IMG/VR virus record: IMGVR_UViG_3300041964_000014
Location: 1 to 64,000 of that record
Reading direction: 5' to 3' (one strand)
Length of the DNA: 64,000 nucleotides
Origin: a virus
Made by a program: the position numbers and the translations under genes
The notes under the pieces: generated by a model
What the model saw: the letters and a program-made list of their open reading frames with translations, nothing else
Told to the model about the DNA's origin: nothing
Databases searched by the model: none
Part shown: positions 1 through 10,131 of the stretch, in pieces
Layout of the letters: the number at the start of each line of letters is the position of its first letter
Position numbering within the stretch: position 1 is the first letter of the stretch

Positions 1-299
1 TCCGTCTTTGAGTACTTCAAAGACCTTTAAAGTCTGACCTACTTCAAAACCTTTTTGTAATATTTGTCCGGCTTTACCAGCAGCTATTTGTAGTTTTTCA
101 AATCCTAATGCAGCGTTAACTATAGATGGGTTTGTTCCCATCAAACTTTACTACTAGCTTCAGCAGCTTTTTGTAATCCCCATAAAGCACCTTGAGCAGC
201 TGTAGTTATACCTTGTAATTTGTTTATCTCAGCGTTGTATGCTGATACTGCTGTTTTAACAGTCTCTGGATTTAACGCTTCATTAGGATCTGTAACCAT
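1..299 (-). CDS. Probable N-terminus of tape measure protein (runs off left edge; split at 141 by TGA/ATG overlap)
   Basis: ATG at 299 gives MVTDPNEALNPETVKTAVSAYNAEINKLQG..., ending at TGA 141-143. The overlapping ATG at 141 continues MGTNPSIVNAALGFEKLQIAAGKAGQ... open to the edge. Helical Ala/Lys/Gln-rich, and downstream of the tail tube and chaperone on the same strand. Confidence 0.5.
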
Positions 300-571
300 A
301 ACTACTATTATTTAACAGCTGCTTTATTATACTTATATTCTACGGGATTTAATTTTCTGCTAGGATAAGTAGGTTTAATGTATGTCCGAAAATAATCACC
401 ACGATATTTGTTAGCGGCGAAGTTTTAACTATATTAGGAGGAACACCCATATACGAATACACGCTATATTCTTTGCTAGTTTTAGATCTACTAAAAACTA
501 GTGTTAATACGTTTAACATTTCGTTGTAACTATAAGCACTAATAAAACTGTCTTTAATTGAGGTAAAATCT

Positions 572-805
572 GTGACCATAACTACTGCTATTACTATTTA
601 TTTATCTATAGGTTTATTGCACGGAACTACTGCGGCTATTTTATCTATGGCTTTGAGTGTATTTGGATTAGGGGGCTGGAAAGTAGTACCCCCTATAAAG
701 ACCTTTATACTATGGACACTATTGTACCCAGTGTTAATAGTAATAGGTTTAATAGCGGTTATTTTTGATAAGTTAGGGATCACTATAGTAATATACAAAG
801 ACTAA
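572..805 (+). CDS. Small membrane protein
   Basis: Two long hydrophobic segments. Confidence 0.5.
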   Translation: MTITTAITIYLSIGLLHGTTAAILSMALSVFGLGGWKVVPPIKTFILWTLLYPVLIVIGLIAVIFDKLGITIVIYKD

Positions 806-1249
806 TATGGAACCTATTTATAGAGACTATAACTGTACCCTTACACAAAAGAACTGTACTAAGCTACTACAAAGTTTAGCTATTAGTGGGGTAGTATAAC
901 TTCTCAATTTACACTATGTAAAAACTATCCCGTAAATACTGTACATACTTGGGAAATGTTCTTTCGCTTACGTTTTATTAATCAATCTAGCTTAGACAAG
1001 TTCCATAGCTTAGGTATAGTTACCAAAGAAGTGGAAAAAATAATAGCTAATTAAGGCACGTATGTCAGATACTGAGTTACCTCGTGGTCCAGCGACTTCG
1101 CAAGAAATTGCTGCCTTTAACGAGTATATGAAACGCAAAAGAAAACTTAGAGAAACCGTAGATAAACAAAATAACGATATTTCAAAGAAATAAGTACATA
1201 TAATAAAAGACCCCGTTAGAGGTCTTATTGTTTTATTTGCTACACAGTA

Positions 1250-2011
1250 CTATTCCAGTCCCAACACTATTTTGGCGGCTCGTTTTAAGTAACGGAGTTC
1301 CAATAAGTTACGGTTAGTACCTTGTTGTTTCGGACAAGCCTTTACATTCTTGCCTCCGCGTTGAAAACCACCTGCCCAGTGAGCTATACGACGACTTTGT
1401 GAATTATCAATACCATAAGCAGAACAGAAATCGATAGCCGTCATGAGTCGGTTGTCTATTTCGTTTTCTAGTTGATCTACTAAAATATCGGCACACCCTG
1501 GCTGAATTTCAGCTGCACGGTCAAACTCGCGTTCTTGTTGTTCGAGTTTGTCTAATCTTTGAGTACGTTCGGTTAATAGATTTATTGCTTCTCGTTGTTG
1601 TTGAAGCTCTGTTGCCATTTGTTGAATGATATTTCCAATATTTTGAAGATGATTATATTGAGTAAGAAGAGTAGTTTTCGCATTAGCAAAAGCTTTAACT
1701 AAATTAAATTTAGCTTCTACTACTTGTTCCGTATTGCTACTAAGCGTCATTAGAAATGTCGCCTGATTTTCGTTTAGTAAATAATAAACTTCTCCACCAG
1801 TTCCATCACTTAATTTTGGGCTGGTTTCTCGTAATAGCCTGCTGCGGTTCTCTCCCGCCACAGGGTTAAGAGCCTCGTCTACCAGGCTTTCCAGCCTTTC
1901 CGTATACTTAGAAATTGTCTCTTTGAAGCTCTTATGTAGAATACCCAAAGCTTCGGCTACTAAACGGGAATCCACCAATAACTGTCCACCGACGTTTTGA
2001 ATTTCTAACAT
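1250..2011 (-). CDS. Rha-family phage regulatory protein
   Basis: N-terminal VDSRLVAEALGILH...YYLLNENQATFLMTLSSNTEQVVEAKFNLVKAF is typical of Rha, followed by a coiled coil. Confidence 0.85.
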   Translation of the reverse strand: MLEIQNVGGQLLVDSRLVAEALGILHKSFKETISKYTERLESLVDEALNPVAGENRSRLLRETSPKLSDGTGGEVYYLLNENQATFLMTLSSNTEQVVEAKFNLVKAFANAKTTLLTQYNHLQNIGNIIQQMATELQQQREAINLLTERTQRLDKLEQQEREFDRAAEIQPGCADILVDQLENEIDNRLMTAIDFCSAYGIDNSQSRRIAHWAGGFQRGGKNVKACPKQQGTNRNLLELRYLKRAAKIVLGLE

Positions 2012-2119
2012 GATACAATAAAGTAAAGTAAGCTGTTTTACACATAGCCACTTGAGTCAGTTAATCGCTCTTGTGGCTGTTTTAATGTTAACATATTATT
2101 GTTGTTGTTATGTGGCTAT

Positions 2120-2266
2120 ATGAAAGCGAAAAGGTTACATATTCTCATGAGTGAAAAAAGATTAAATAAATTACGTGCTTTAGCTAAACAGCGAGAAAAA
2201 ACTATGACCAGCTTAGTTGAAGACTGGATAGATAGTTTGCCTAATCCAGAATCGTTAGATGTATAG
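2120..2266 (+). CDS. Ribbon-helix-helix (CopG/Arc-like) protein
   Basis: Translated by hand: MKAKRLHILMSEKRLNKLRALAKQREKTMTSLVEDWIDSLPNPESLDV. Divergent from the Rha gene. Confidence 0.75.
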   Translation: MKAKRLHILMSEKRLNKLRALAKQREKTMTSLVEDWIDSLPNPESLDV

Positions 2267-2581
2267 CCTGAAATGCCCGTGGTTGTCGGTTTGACAGAAA
2301 TGCTGAAAGTTAAATCAGCAAAACAAAGCCGGGAGTCCAAAATAAACAGGAGTTCCCGGCTTACTAGTATATTGTTGAAATTTAGTCTGTGTATCCTAAG
2401 CTCTTAAGAAAATAACGTACATCATTGAAACTATCGAAGATATGCTCTCTATCAGATGTCGGATCTTCAAACCGTAAGCAATACTCGTTAGCAGTTACGT
2501 TGTAAGTTAATACAAAATTTTTCTTGGTATGCATAGGTGCTTTTAAACTATTATATAGTTATTACAGTGTAGCTTAAAGCA

Positions 2582-2884
2582 ATGTCTTATGTAGAGCCTT
2601 TAGTTAATGATTTGAAACAAGAGTATCAAACTATGCTACGAAAATATTGGGCATCAAACATAGTAATACCTTCTAATAGATATGTGTACGGTTATCCTGT
2701 GTTACCGCCTCATTTGGAATACGAGGTTACAGTAAGTTACAAAGACGGATTTCCACGGGTAACTAAACGTATAGCTACAAATATCTCCAAACAATATTTA
2801 GAGCCATATCTTCCAGAACCTCCCGAAGAAGTCCGAAAACAACAAGAAGCCGGAAAAGAGATACTGGCACTGTTTAGTAAATAA
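2582..2884 (+). CDS. Hypothetical protein
   Basis: 100-aa ORF followed by a hairpin. Confidence 0.55.
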   Translation: MSYVEPLVNDLKQEYQTMLRKYWASNIVIPSNRYVYGYPVLPPHLEYEVTVSYKDGFPRVTKRIATNISKQYLEPYLPEPPEEVRKQQEAGKEILALFSK

Positions 2885-2895
2885 ATAGTCAACAA

Positions 2896-2923
2896 TTAAC
2901 CCTCCCATAACTGAGAGGGTTAA
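2896..2923. terminator. Bidirectional hairpin terminator
   Basis: ttaaccctc-N-gagggttaa between convergent genes. Confidence 0.6.
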
Positions 2924-3707
2924 AAGTCGAAGTTAGCTAGTTGTTCGAGAGTCTTTCCGGAGCTAGTTACTACTTGAGTACTGTATAACTCCTTGACCTG
3001 TTGTATTTCGGACTCTGTAACTTCATTGTTCGGTTTATCTTCTTCTAGCTTTCTAAGTTGTAGTGATTCAGTAATTAAGTCATCTATGAACTGATGATCG
3101 AATTTCTCCCATATATCTAGTGCTGCCGTTGGATACAGCTCTAGAAGTATTGCTAAGTGGTAGGCATCAAAGTTTCCAGATCGGGGTTCAGCTCTGTCAT
3201 TACCTGATTTACTGATACCATTACTTCCGCTTTCCTTTCCCTCGCTGTCACTAGTGCCTTTCCCAATAGTGAGCCTTGGTCTAAATGATTTAACTTAGCT
3301 AGCAGACCGGGCTTTAAACTTCCCTCTGAGTTAGCTACACCGTCTTCTGTTACGTCTTCTGTGAAGAATAATAGTGTGAGCATATCGTAATCATCTTCTA
3401 ACTCGGCAAGGTTGAGTGAGGTTCTATCTCCATTAGCTGAGATTACTGGTACTAATTTAGCTAGTTCTTCTAGTGTTTTCCATCCTTGTTCACTAGCTAT
3501 TACACTACCAACTGCAAAGTTATGATACAGAAACTCTTCGAGATTAAGTTGATATAGCTTAATAAAGTCAGCTAGATTACTACGAGGTATCCGCTTAATA
3601 GTGTACTTTAGTTTCTCACTAGTATTGTGGTAACTACTAACTCTAATAGTTAAGTAACCATCTTCGAGGGTGTAACGAGGTTCTTCCACAGTTGCATTCT
3701 TTTTCAT
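2920..3707 (-). CDS. Tail assembly chaperone G (3153..3707) and -1 frameshift product GT (to 2920)
   Basis: In-frame G GGA AAG at 3258-3264, the lambda-type slippery heptamer. The -1 frame stays open to TAA at 2920 (...SGNFDAYHLAILLELYPTAALDIWEKFD...). Lies between tail tube and putative tape measure. Confidence 0.75.
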
Positions 3708-3748
3708 GTGAATAGCTAGTACAATTGATTTGTGTAGTAAGTTATCTA

Positions 3749-4012
3749 CTATACTAGCTTATCATCTTCTGTATTTTGATGTTCTAGTGTGTAGGTAGTA
3801 GGTTCAGCAGCAGCAGGTTTGTTGATTAACAAACTAACAATACCTCCGCTAAGTCCGCCAATAACAGTTAGTACTTTACGGAAACTATCGTTGCCGACAT
3901 TGTTACTAACTAGTACTGCACAGATAACACCAAGTACTCCAAGGTACGAGGTAATTACGTTTAGTTCTATCTTGTTGAAAGTCAAAGTCAAATATCGTTT
4001 AACAGGTGACAT
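3749..4012 (-). CDS. Small two-TM membrane protein (possible holin)
   Basis: Two hydrophobic helices and a charged C-terminus, within the late region. Confidence 0.4.
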   Translation of the reverse strand: MSPVKRYLTLTFNKIELNVITSYLGVLGVICAVLVSNNVGNDSFRKVLTVIGGLSGGIVSLLINKPAAAEPTTYTLEHQNTEDDKLV

Positions 4013-4242
4013 ATATGAGTGGTGAAATGTGTTGGTTATCTACATATAACAATTCTACTAAGATTCTGCACGTCCGAAATAATAAGGAGGAGCAGTGGAA
4101 ACCCTATACAGCTATGGCAATAAGTAACATCCCAGATTACAATATTCCACAAGGATCAAAAGGTTGGGCAGCATACCAGCGATTAAGAAATATGGGATGG
4201 ACATTAGTACCATCCCCACAAACTACTACGAAGGATGATTAG
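4006..4242 (+). CDS. Hypothetical protein resembling a cyanobacterial small-protein family
   Basis: CWLS...LH.R....W.PY...PDY.IP.GSKGWA.YQ.L...GW pattern, recognised from memory. Confidence 0.5.
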   Translation: MTYMSGEMCWLSTYNNSTKILHVRNNKEEQWKPYTAMAISNIPDYNIPQGSKGWAAYQRLRNMGWTLVPSPQTTTKDD

Positions 4243-4248
4243 TATTTT

Positions 4249-4446
4249 ATGGCTGCTAATAGTGCTATAAGAATGAAGGGATTAAAACAGTGTTGTATTG
4301 TAACCATACAAAAAGATACAGCTACTAAAGACGAAGAAGGTAAGTTAATTAAGTGCCCTTTTTGTTTGGCTAACTTACGCTACCGTGATGGGGCTTTTGA
4401 ATGGTCTAACTTACCATACTCAAATCCAGCGGCTCCTGAAGAATAA
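4249..4446 (+). CDS. Small Cys-containing (zinc-ribbon-like) protein
   Basis: CC and CPFC motifs. Confidence 0.4.
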   Translation: MAANSAIRMKGLKQCCIVTIQKDTATKDEEGKLIKCPFCLANLRYRDGAFEWSNLPYSNPAAPEE

Positions 4447-4531
4447 ATGCAGTAAGTTTATCTAACGGTAAACCCTCTTAATCCAAAACAATTAAGAGGG
4501 TTAAATTTTATAAGGTTTAAACAGTACTTAT

Positions 4532-5233
4532 TTACAGACCTAATACAAAACGTGCCGCTTGTCTTAAATAACGTACTTCCAGTAATAGCTGCCCGTTAAC
4601 TTTAGGTACTGTAGTTACTTGTTTACCAACTTTTTGAAAATAACTAGCAGACAACGATAAACGACGACGATGGCGAATTTCAATGCCCCGGTCTGTCATA
4701 AATTGCAGAGTAGTCATTACCTGGTCGTCATCTTCGCCATACTCCATTTCATCAACAAGTACACCAGCACAACCCTTATGTTCGGACGCTGCTTTATCGA
4801 AAGCTTCTTCTTTGGCTTGGTACGCTTCCAACTTGTTTTTGTCTACCGATAGAGCATCAAGTTTAATCATTACTTCTGCCATTGTGGTTTGCCACGCAGC
4901 CTGTTGTGCTTGCTGTTGAATATTGTAGAGAGCTTGTTTGGCTTTGGAGAAAGCTTGTACCAAATTAAGTTTAGCTTTCTTGACTTGCTCTGTATTGCGG
5001 GAAAGCGTCATCACATATGTAGCTTGATCTTCTGTTAGTAAATATACTACTTCGTTTTGATTCGACGTAAAAGAAGGTTTGGTTTCACGCCGCAACTGCC
5101 CAAAAGCTTCTTCTATGTCTGATGCATTATTAGATACTGTGTCTTTTAGAGAGTTATGCAAAACACCTAACTCTTCAGCTATCAGACGAGAATCCACAAC
5201 TAATACGCCATCTCTCTCAATTGCTTCTAACAT
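4532..5233 (-). CDS. Rha-family phage regulatory protein
   Basis: VDSRLIAEELGVLH...YLLTEDQATYVMTLSRNTEQVKKAKLNLVQAF. Paralog of 1250..2011. Confidence 0.85.
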   Translation of the reverse strand: MLEAIERDGVLVVDSRLIAEELGVLHNSLKDTVSNNASDIEEAFGQLRRETKPSFTSNQNEVVYLLTEDQATYVMTLSRNTEQVKKAKLNLVQAFSKAKQALYNIQQQAQQAAWQTTMAEVMIKLDALSVDKNKLEAYQAKEEAFDKAASEHKGCAGVLVDEMEYGEDDDQVMTTLQFMTDRGIEIRHRRRLSLSASYFQKVGKQVTTVPKVNGQLLLEVRYLRQAARFVLGL

Positions 5234-5335
5234 GATATAATCCTTAGTAAGTTACTTTATAACCACTTAGTATTTAGCTAGGTGGTTTTTGTTTGCTATA
5301 TTTAGAATAGCATTAATACATAAAAGATGTGTGCT

Positions 5336-5473
5336 ATGTCCCAAAAAAGAAAACGACTTAACTTAGTATTACCACTAGGGGAGTATATTAGATTAGCTAG
5401 TTATGCTGAAAAAACAGGTCGTACTATAACTGATGTACTTAGAGAGCTTATCCGTTCTTTGCCCGACTCTTGA
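5336..5473 (+). CDS. Ribbon-helix-helix protein
   Basis: Translated by hand: MSQKRKRLNLVLPLGEYIRLASYAEKTGRTITDVLRELIRSLPDS. Divergent from the Rha gene. Confidence 0.75.
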   Translation: MSQKRKRLNLVLPLGEYIRLASYAEKTGRTITDVLRELIRSLPDS

Positions 5474-6830
5474 TAAGTAACTTATTATTATGCCTACTAA
5501 ATACGTAGAGATTACTTGGCATCGTGGTGATTTGTGGGAAAGAAAGTACTTACGTAAAGCAGCTATTGCTAATGCCCGTAGATACATTAGACAGTATTGC
5601 CGTAAACAGCTTAAAAGTATAGGTCATAATTTTAACGATAGTACTGAAGATACTTTTGAGCATCCTAAAGTAAGACTACCTTGGTTTGATTAATATTATG
5701 TTCAATAAAATAAACCTACCTATTTATTTCGGACGTAAGGCTACTAATTTATACGCTTATTGTCCACGTACAATTGGATTTGCTTTTCTCTGTGGGAGAC
5801 TTGCTTTTTGTATTGGAGAACCGAAGCTTATGCAGATGAGTTTGATAATCCTGAGAATATATATGATTTTGTTTTAGTAATAGGTATTAAAATACCTACT
5901 GTATTTTCAAAAGACCATGTAATTATTAAGGGCATTACTCACGATACCGTATATGGCTGGGAAGTATCTTTATGGCAATGAATTATCCTGAACAATAGTA
6001 TTTAATAGTCCGAAATAAATAAGGGAGGTTTTGTGATTAACCTTAAGATGTTACTATTCACTTTTATTATCAATGTAGTAGTGTTATCGATTTTAGATAG
6101 CATACTATCTACTAAACCTGTTGATTTAGTAGCTAATATAATTGCGGGATTTTTAGTAGCTATACTATTGAGTTTTAAATAATGAAAGATTACCTAAACT
6201 TATTACACCGACAAAGAAGTATCTATTTAAAGCATCGAGATACTGTATGTGAAAACTACTCACTACAGCAATCACTATTAAGTCCCGCAGATAAAACTGC
6301 TTTAGCTAAACTATTCGCTAACTACACAAGAGACTTGAAAGAAATAGATGGTAACTTAGCTGGAATTAATGAAGAAATAGATAGGATAACAAACATTATA
6401 AAAAATAGTTCTAACTAACTATGGTTAACTTAGTACTAATATCCCCAGATTTTACTCACATTAAACAATGTCAAGGTATTAATAAACTAGAAGCACTAAT
6501 ACAGTTTTATAACTGTAACAATAACAACGGTAAACTTCTACCTTATTACGGTGATTATTTAGTGTATAAAAGAACTAGTATTAACTTACAATACTTAGGA
6601 ATGCTAAATCAGTTGTATAATTATACAGGTTAAAACTATGGAACTATCAGAAGCAGATATAAAAAGATGCATTAGTGACCTTAAAAACTATGTAGCTAGT
6701 GGTAACTATATTGAGGCTATTAGAACTGCGGAGATTTTTAGAGATCTTACTTTAACAACTGAACAGTACCAAGAAGTAAACGCACTATTAGAGCAAATTA
6801 AATTAGATAATACAGGACGAGGTATTTAAT

Positions 6831-7022
6831 ATGACCACTAACGTTGATAAATTCTTTACTTACGATCACTTACCCGCTGAGTTGCAGGAAATTAGTAAAC
6901 CTATTTGTGAACTAGCTGCATGGCTGAATAAAGTACTCTCAGACGGACCTGAGAAAAGTGTTGCTATGAGAAAACTACTTGAGGCTAAAGACGGTTTTGT
7001 TAGAGCCGCTCTAGACCGCTAA
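6831..7022 (+). CDS. Conserved small helical-hairpin phage protein (possibly Acb2/Tad1-hairpin related)
   Basis: FFTYDHLP...SKP...LA.......GPEKSVAMRKLLEAKD..VRA is a widespread phage pattern. Confidence 0.55.
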   Translation: MTTNVDKFFTYDHLPAELQEISKPICELAAWLNKVLSDGPEKSVAMRKLLEAKDGFVRAALDR

Positions 7023-7043
7023 GTTGTTTTAGTAAACAAAAGG

Positions 7044-7065
7044 AAACCCCCGCTTTGGGGGTTTC
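7044..7065. terminator. Hairpin terminator
   Basis: aaacccc-cgcttt-gggggtttc between convergent genes. Confidence 0.65.
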
Positions 7066-7087
7066 GTATTATTGGGGTGTTATCTAC

Positions 7088-7804
7088 TTACAAATTTAGT
7101 AGTGCTTTCGTAGTTTGACGAAGATACTTAACCTCGATTAAAGTATGACCTTTCTTATTTTTTCGGACGGCATTGCTTGTTTTCCCTCCTTTCTGAAAAG
7201 CCGAAGCACGTCGAGCGATAGTGTGTAGGTGTCTGTAGTCTAACTGTAAGTAGTCTAACCATTCTTTAGTACTCATTTCTACATTGTCTATGTCCGCTTC
7301 TATCTGATCAATGAGAACATTAGCACAACCAGGATGCTCTTGAGCCGCTATGTTGAATTGTACTTGCTGTTGCTCTAGTTCATCGAGACGCTGAGTACGT
7401 TCTGTTAGTAACAGCATCTGTTGTTCTTGTGCTGCGGCTTTAGACTGAATATCTTGCAGTATCTGAACTATTCCGGAAATATCTGCTTGCTGTTGCTGTA
7501 AAGCCTTTTTAGCTATAGAGAATGCTTTAACTAGATTTAGTTTGGCTTGTACAACCTGTGTAGTATTCACACTTAGAGTCATCAAAAAAGTGGACTGATC
7601 TTCCGTAAGTAAATAGTACTTCTCTGGTTGACCTCTTCCGACTATTTCCCCGACCTCCAGTCGGAGTATTCCAAAGGCTTGTTCTGTCTGGTCTTTGAAT
7701 CTTTCTAACGTCCGTTTAAAAGACTCATGCTGAATACCCAATTCTTCAGCTATCAAACGAGAGTCTACTAGAAGTTGTCCGTTTATGTTCTGAATTTCTA
7801 ACAT
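7088..7804 (-). CDS. Rha-family phage regulatory protein
   Basis: VDSRLIAEELGIQH...GRGQPEKYYLLTEDQSTFLMTLS. Third paralog. Confidence 0.85.
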   Translation of the reverse strand: MLEIQNINGQLLVDSRLIAEELGIQHESFKRTLERFKDQTEQAFGILRLEVGEIVGRGQPEKYYLLTEDQSTFLMTLSVNTTQVVQAKLNLVKAFSIAKKALQQQQADISGIVQILQDIQSKAAAQEQQMLLLTERTQRLDELEQQQVQFNIAAQEHPGCANVLIDQIEADIDNVEMSTKEWLDYLQLDYRHLHTIARRASAFQKGGKTSNAVRKNKKGHTLIEVKYLRQTTKALLNL

Positions 7805-7947
7805 GGTATAATGGTTACGTTAATAGGTTTCCATTTAGCCATCTGACTTATCACTAGCTCAGATGGCTATTAGTAGATTAGCCTATAAAAGAACTTGTCA
7901 ATCCTTGTCAAAATATATTATTATCGTTTCAACGCCGCTAAGGGATA

Positions 7948-8238
7948 TCAAATAATGGTTTCGTTTACACTAGCTTCAAAACCAAAAGTAGATGCTGATG
8001 GATTATCTAAATTAAAGTATGTAGGTAGATAGTACAAATCGCTGGGACGCCCTCCCTGTGGAGTTTCCCCCGTAATCAGGGAATAGTCAAAACCTTCTTC
8101 AAAGTTATTCTTTAGTACATCTACCAGTTTGTCTTTACGGGAATAGCCTAGCCACTGCCAAGCATTTTCTAGAGGTACAGGGAAGGTTTCTTCGGATTGA
8201 AAGTAGTATTGTGCGTGAGATAGATTAAAATCTGTCAT
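7948..8238 (-). pseudogene. Truncated AntA/AntB-type antirepressor
   Basis: MTDFNL...FPVPLENAWQWLGYSRKD...F.EG.DY...PQGGRP matches the N-terminus of 59630..60376, then diverges and stops. Confidence 0.6.
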
Positions 8239-8351
8239 AATTAAGTAAATCCTTAAGTGTTGTTTTAGCCACAAGAGTCATTTAATAGTCGCTCTTGTGG
8301 TTATCTTTATGTTATAGTTTTTATAGTGAAATTGTCAAGCGAGTAAATAGT

Positions 8352-8510
8352 ATGACTGAGAAAAAAGCTAGGTTCTTTTTTAAGGGAACTCCTGAGTTAC
8401 ACAAGCAAGTCAAATTAATGTCAGTAGAAACAGGAAGAACACTGGAAAGCATTTGTATCGAAGCACTTGAACAGTGGTTAGAGCGTCAGCAGGATAATAG
8501 TCCGAAATAA
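8352..8510 (+). CDS. Ribbon-helix-helix protein
   Basis: MTEKKARFFFKGTPELHKQVKLMSVETGRTLESICIEALEQWL. Confidence 0.7.
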   Translation: MTEKKARFFFKGTPELHKQVKLMSVETGRTLESICIEALEQWLERQQDNSPK

Positions 8511-8572
8511 TAAGAGTAATTAGCCTTTTAATTAAACTGTAGTTAGTACTAGTAATTAAAAGGCTATAACTT

Positions 8573-8767
8573 ATGTACTATTTAAGTGATATAAATACTA
8601 TCGAATTTAAAGCCAGCAAAGGTTTTAGTAGAAAAGTAGCTTATGTACTTAACGAGGCTAAAGCAGGTAAGCTACATAGCGGTAGTAAAGCAGGTAAAAA
8701 AGTTAGGAATAAGAAACAAGCGTTAGCAATAGCGCTTAGTGTGGCTAAAAAGGAATACGGTAAATAA
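8573..8767 (+). CDS. DUF6496-like basic protein carrying the YLSDI..xxF leader
   Basis: MYYLSDINTIEF, then KV..V..E.K.GKLHSGSK.G.KV.N.KQALAIALS. Confidence 0.65.
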   Translation: MYYLSDINTIEFKASKGFSRKVAYVLNEAKAGKLHSGSKAGKKVRNKKQALAIALSVAKKEYGK

Positions 8768-8769
8768 GT

Positions 8770-9027
8770 ATGATTAAACTACTAACAAGGTTAAGAAATA
8801 AAGTCCCTATTTATTTCGGACTCAACTGCGTTATACATAGTATCGATGTAGGATACCCCGGTATTTATTTATGGCTAGGTAAACTTGCTATTAGTTTAGG
8901 TGGTTATGATGACCCGGATATTCAATGGTATAAGAACACTGAACCTAATTACCCATACGGTATCTATATTAAGCTAGGTAATTTTGAGTGGTCTAATTGG
9001 AATTTAGACAGTGAGCCTTTACCCTAA
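8770..9027 (+). CDS. Hypothetical protein, paralog of 9517..9762
   Basis: Shared SID.GYPG.YLW.GK.AI..GG and EPNYPYGIYIKLGNFE.SNW.L. Confidence 0.6.
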   Translation: MIKLLTRLRNKVPIYFGLNCVIHSIDVGYPGIYLWLGKLAISLGGYDDPDIQWYKNTEPNYPYGIYIKLGNFEWSNWNLDSEPLP

Positions 9028-9516
9028 GTAGATTGATGTAGTTAATTTAAGGAGTAAGTATGTTAAATAGATTAAAGTCTCTTATTGGTTTCGGACGTAA
9101 TGAAGTCGAGTGGTACGAAGAAGACCCACCTAATTACGGTATGGCAGTAGCTGTAGGTTGGCTAGCTTTTCGTATCGGGCACTCGGTATCGTTCAATAAA
9201 ACCTGGCAATGTACTTATCCTTTTATATTCAAGTCAACTATTTAGTTCAAGGAATTTATGGTACAAAACAATCTGAGTTTTGTTTACTGTATACGCACGA
9301 GCATGGTTGGTATATTAACATTTCTTATTTAGACCTTCGCTTAGATAGCTTAGATTTTGTGGCTTTGTTTCAAGCTATTAAGAAGAAGGTAAAGAATGAG
9401 ATAGTACCTGAAGAGTTTAGGCAGCCTCCATCTCCTCCCAATATTCTAATAGAGATTGATACATCAATAGACTGGAAAGAAAAAGTTAGATTAGCTGCTA
9501 GGAAAGTAGATAAGGT

Positions 9517-9762
9517 ATGAAAGGTATTAGTTGTATTAAAAACTATTTCCCACCATGTTTAGGAATGAAAGCCGTATCCACTAGTATTGATGCAGGATAC
9601 CCAGGAGTATACCTATGGATTGGTAAGTATGCTATCGGATTTGGTGGGGAAAAAGTATCTAATTGTGGATACTCAGAACCTAACTATCCTTACGGTATTT
9701 ATATTAAACTAGGCAATTTTGAGTATAGTAACTGGGACTTGAGTGAGGAGTCTATCCCATGA
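9517..9762 (+). CDS. Hypothetical protein, paralog of 8770..9027
   Basis: Same shared motifs as 8770..9027. Confidence 0.6.
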   Translation: MKGISCIKNYFPPCLGMKAVSTSIDAGYPGVYLWIGKYAIGFGGEKVSNCGYSEPNYPYGIYIKLGNFEYSNWDLSEESIP

Positions 9763-10131
9763 CCCCATTAAATAGACACGTTATTCCAGATGTACCTGTA
9801 GTATTTGAACAGAAGGATTGGGATAAAGTTGAATACGAAAGATGGTTAGTTAAAGCTGGATATAGTAAAGGTCAAGTAGTTCCCGCTAAAGGAGATACTT
9901 TTCTCGCTTATTGGACACATCCCACACGTACTAGGATACTTGTTTGGTACAATAACACTCAAACAAGAGTCGGCAGCGCTTGCTGGGATGGTGATGAGAA
10001 TAGGAAAATTAACACTTTTCCTTTTTAGTAAATTAAGTATTAGTGAGTAGTCCGAAACAATAAGGCTGCCAGCAAATTAAAAGCCCCCTCAGTTATCTAA
10101 GGGGGTTGTGTTTTTGTATAGGGTGTAGCTA

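Noticed and set aside
2267-2360. Possible IS200/IS605 end or omega-RNA remnant after the RHH gene
   Set aside because: Only a hairpin and a vague resemblance; no TnpA, TnpB or IscB nearby.
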